NCBI GenBank assembly: GCA_964609145.1
Contig: CAZSRI010000004.1
Coordinates: forward strand, 1 to 60,168
Direction: 5' to 3'
From: an uncultured Chloroflexota bacterium
GTDB lineage: Bacteria > Chloroflexota > Limnocylindria > P2-11E
DNA length: 60,168 nucleotides
Positions 60,103-60,168 of this stretch are shown one piece after another. Position 1 is the first letter of the stretch; every line of letters begins with the position of its first letter. The position numbers and the translations under genes are program-made. The notes under the pieces were generated by a model, which ran no database searches, was not told the origin of the DNA, and saw only the letters and a list, made by a program, of their open reading frames with translations.

Positions 60103-60168
60103 GAGGTAGCGGGTGTGCTGGGTCAAGAGATGTCGGACACCGCGCCCCCAGCGCTCGCCTGCTCGCGC

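Noticed and set aside
1-60168. A search for CRISPR arrays, tRNA/rRNA genes, integrase/att sites, toxin-antitoxin pairs, or restriction or other defence-type gene sets.
   Set aside because: I could find no regularly spaced direct repeats, no tRNA-like cloverleaf segments (no GTTCGAATC-type T-arm strings), and no nuclease, methylase or defence-domain proteins. The only mobile-element trace is the dead IS110. The lone AAA+/DUF4143 ATPase at the window end has no visible partners.

Overview
This is a very GC-rich, gene-dense bacterial chromosomal segment. Third codon positions are almost all G/C, so the ORF track is full of long antisense shadow ORFs. I call about 58 protein-coding genes or gene remnants. 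I saw no rRNA, tRNA or CRISPR array.

The window is dominated by redox and catabolic clusters:
(1) Three separate xanthine-dehydrogenase/CoxSML-family molybdoenzyme sets: 11486-15371 on the + strand; 20210-24406 on the - strand, in an operon with IclR, MocA and XdhC; and 26566-30560 on the + strand, with CoxG.
(2) Three different di-iron oxygenase folds: BoxB-like (25192), haem-oxygenase-like (31163) and PaaA-like (32103).
(3) Three ThDP E1 sets with no E2 or E3 partner in the window.
(4) A long minus-strand operon (44735 down to 35429): ABC importer, ThDP enzyme, deacetylase, isochorismatase-like hydrolase and E1 alpha/beta.
(5) A 13-gene, mostly stop/start-overlapping plus-strand operon (44826-58896). 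It ends in a hydantoinase/acetone-carboxylase-type enzyme, a CoA-transferase and thiolase/DUF35 genes.

The only clearly accessory patch is 6425-9930. It holds a secreted multidomain anthrax-lethal-factor-like zincin with four tandem repeats of an unassigned module, followed by a decayed IS110 transposase.

Most notable sequence-level observations:
- A hairpin-containing repeat that is translated in-frame inside two molybdoenzyme genes.
- A HcrB-like four-cysteine insertion in an FAD subunit, next to a BoxB-like gene.
- An E1 alpha gene whose conserved N-terminus has no start codon and is in frame with the upstream gene across a single TAG.
- A TetR pseudogene with an intact operator-like palindrome.
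- A pair of Asp/Glu-racemase-fold paralogues with an arylmalonate-decarboxylase-like residue pattern.

All functional calls rest on my recognition of motifs in the translations. No database search was possible.
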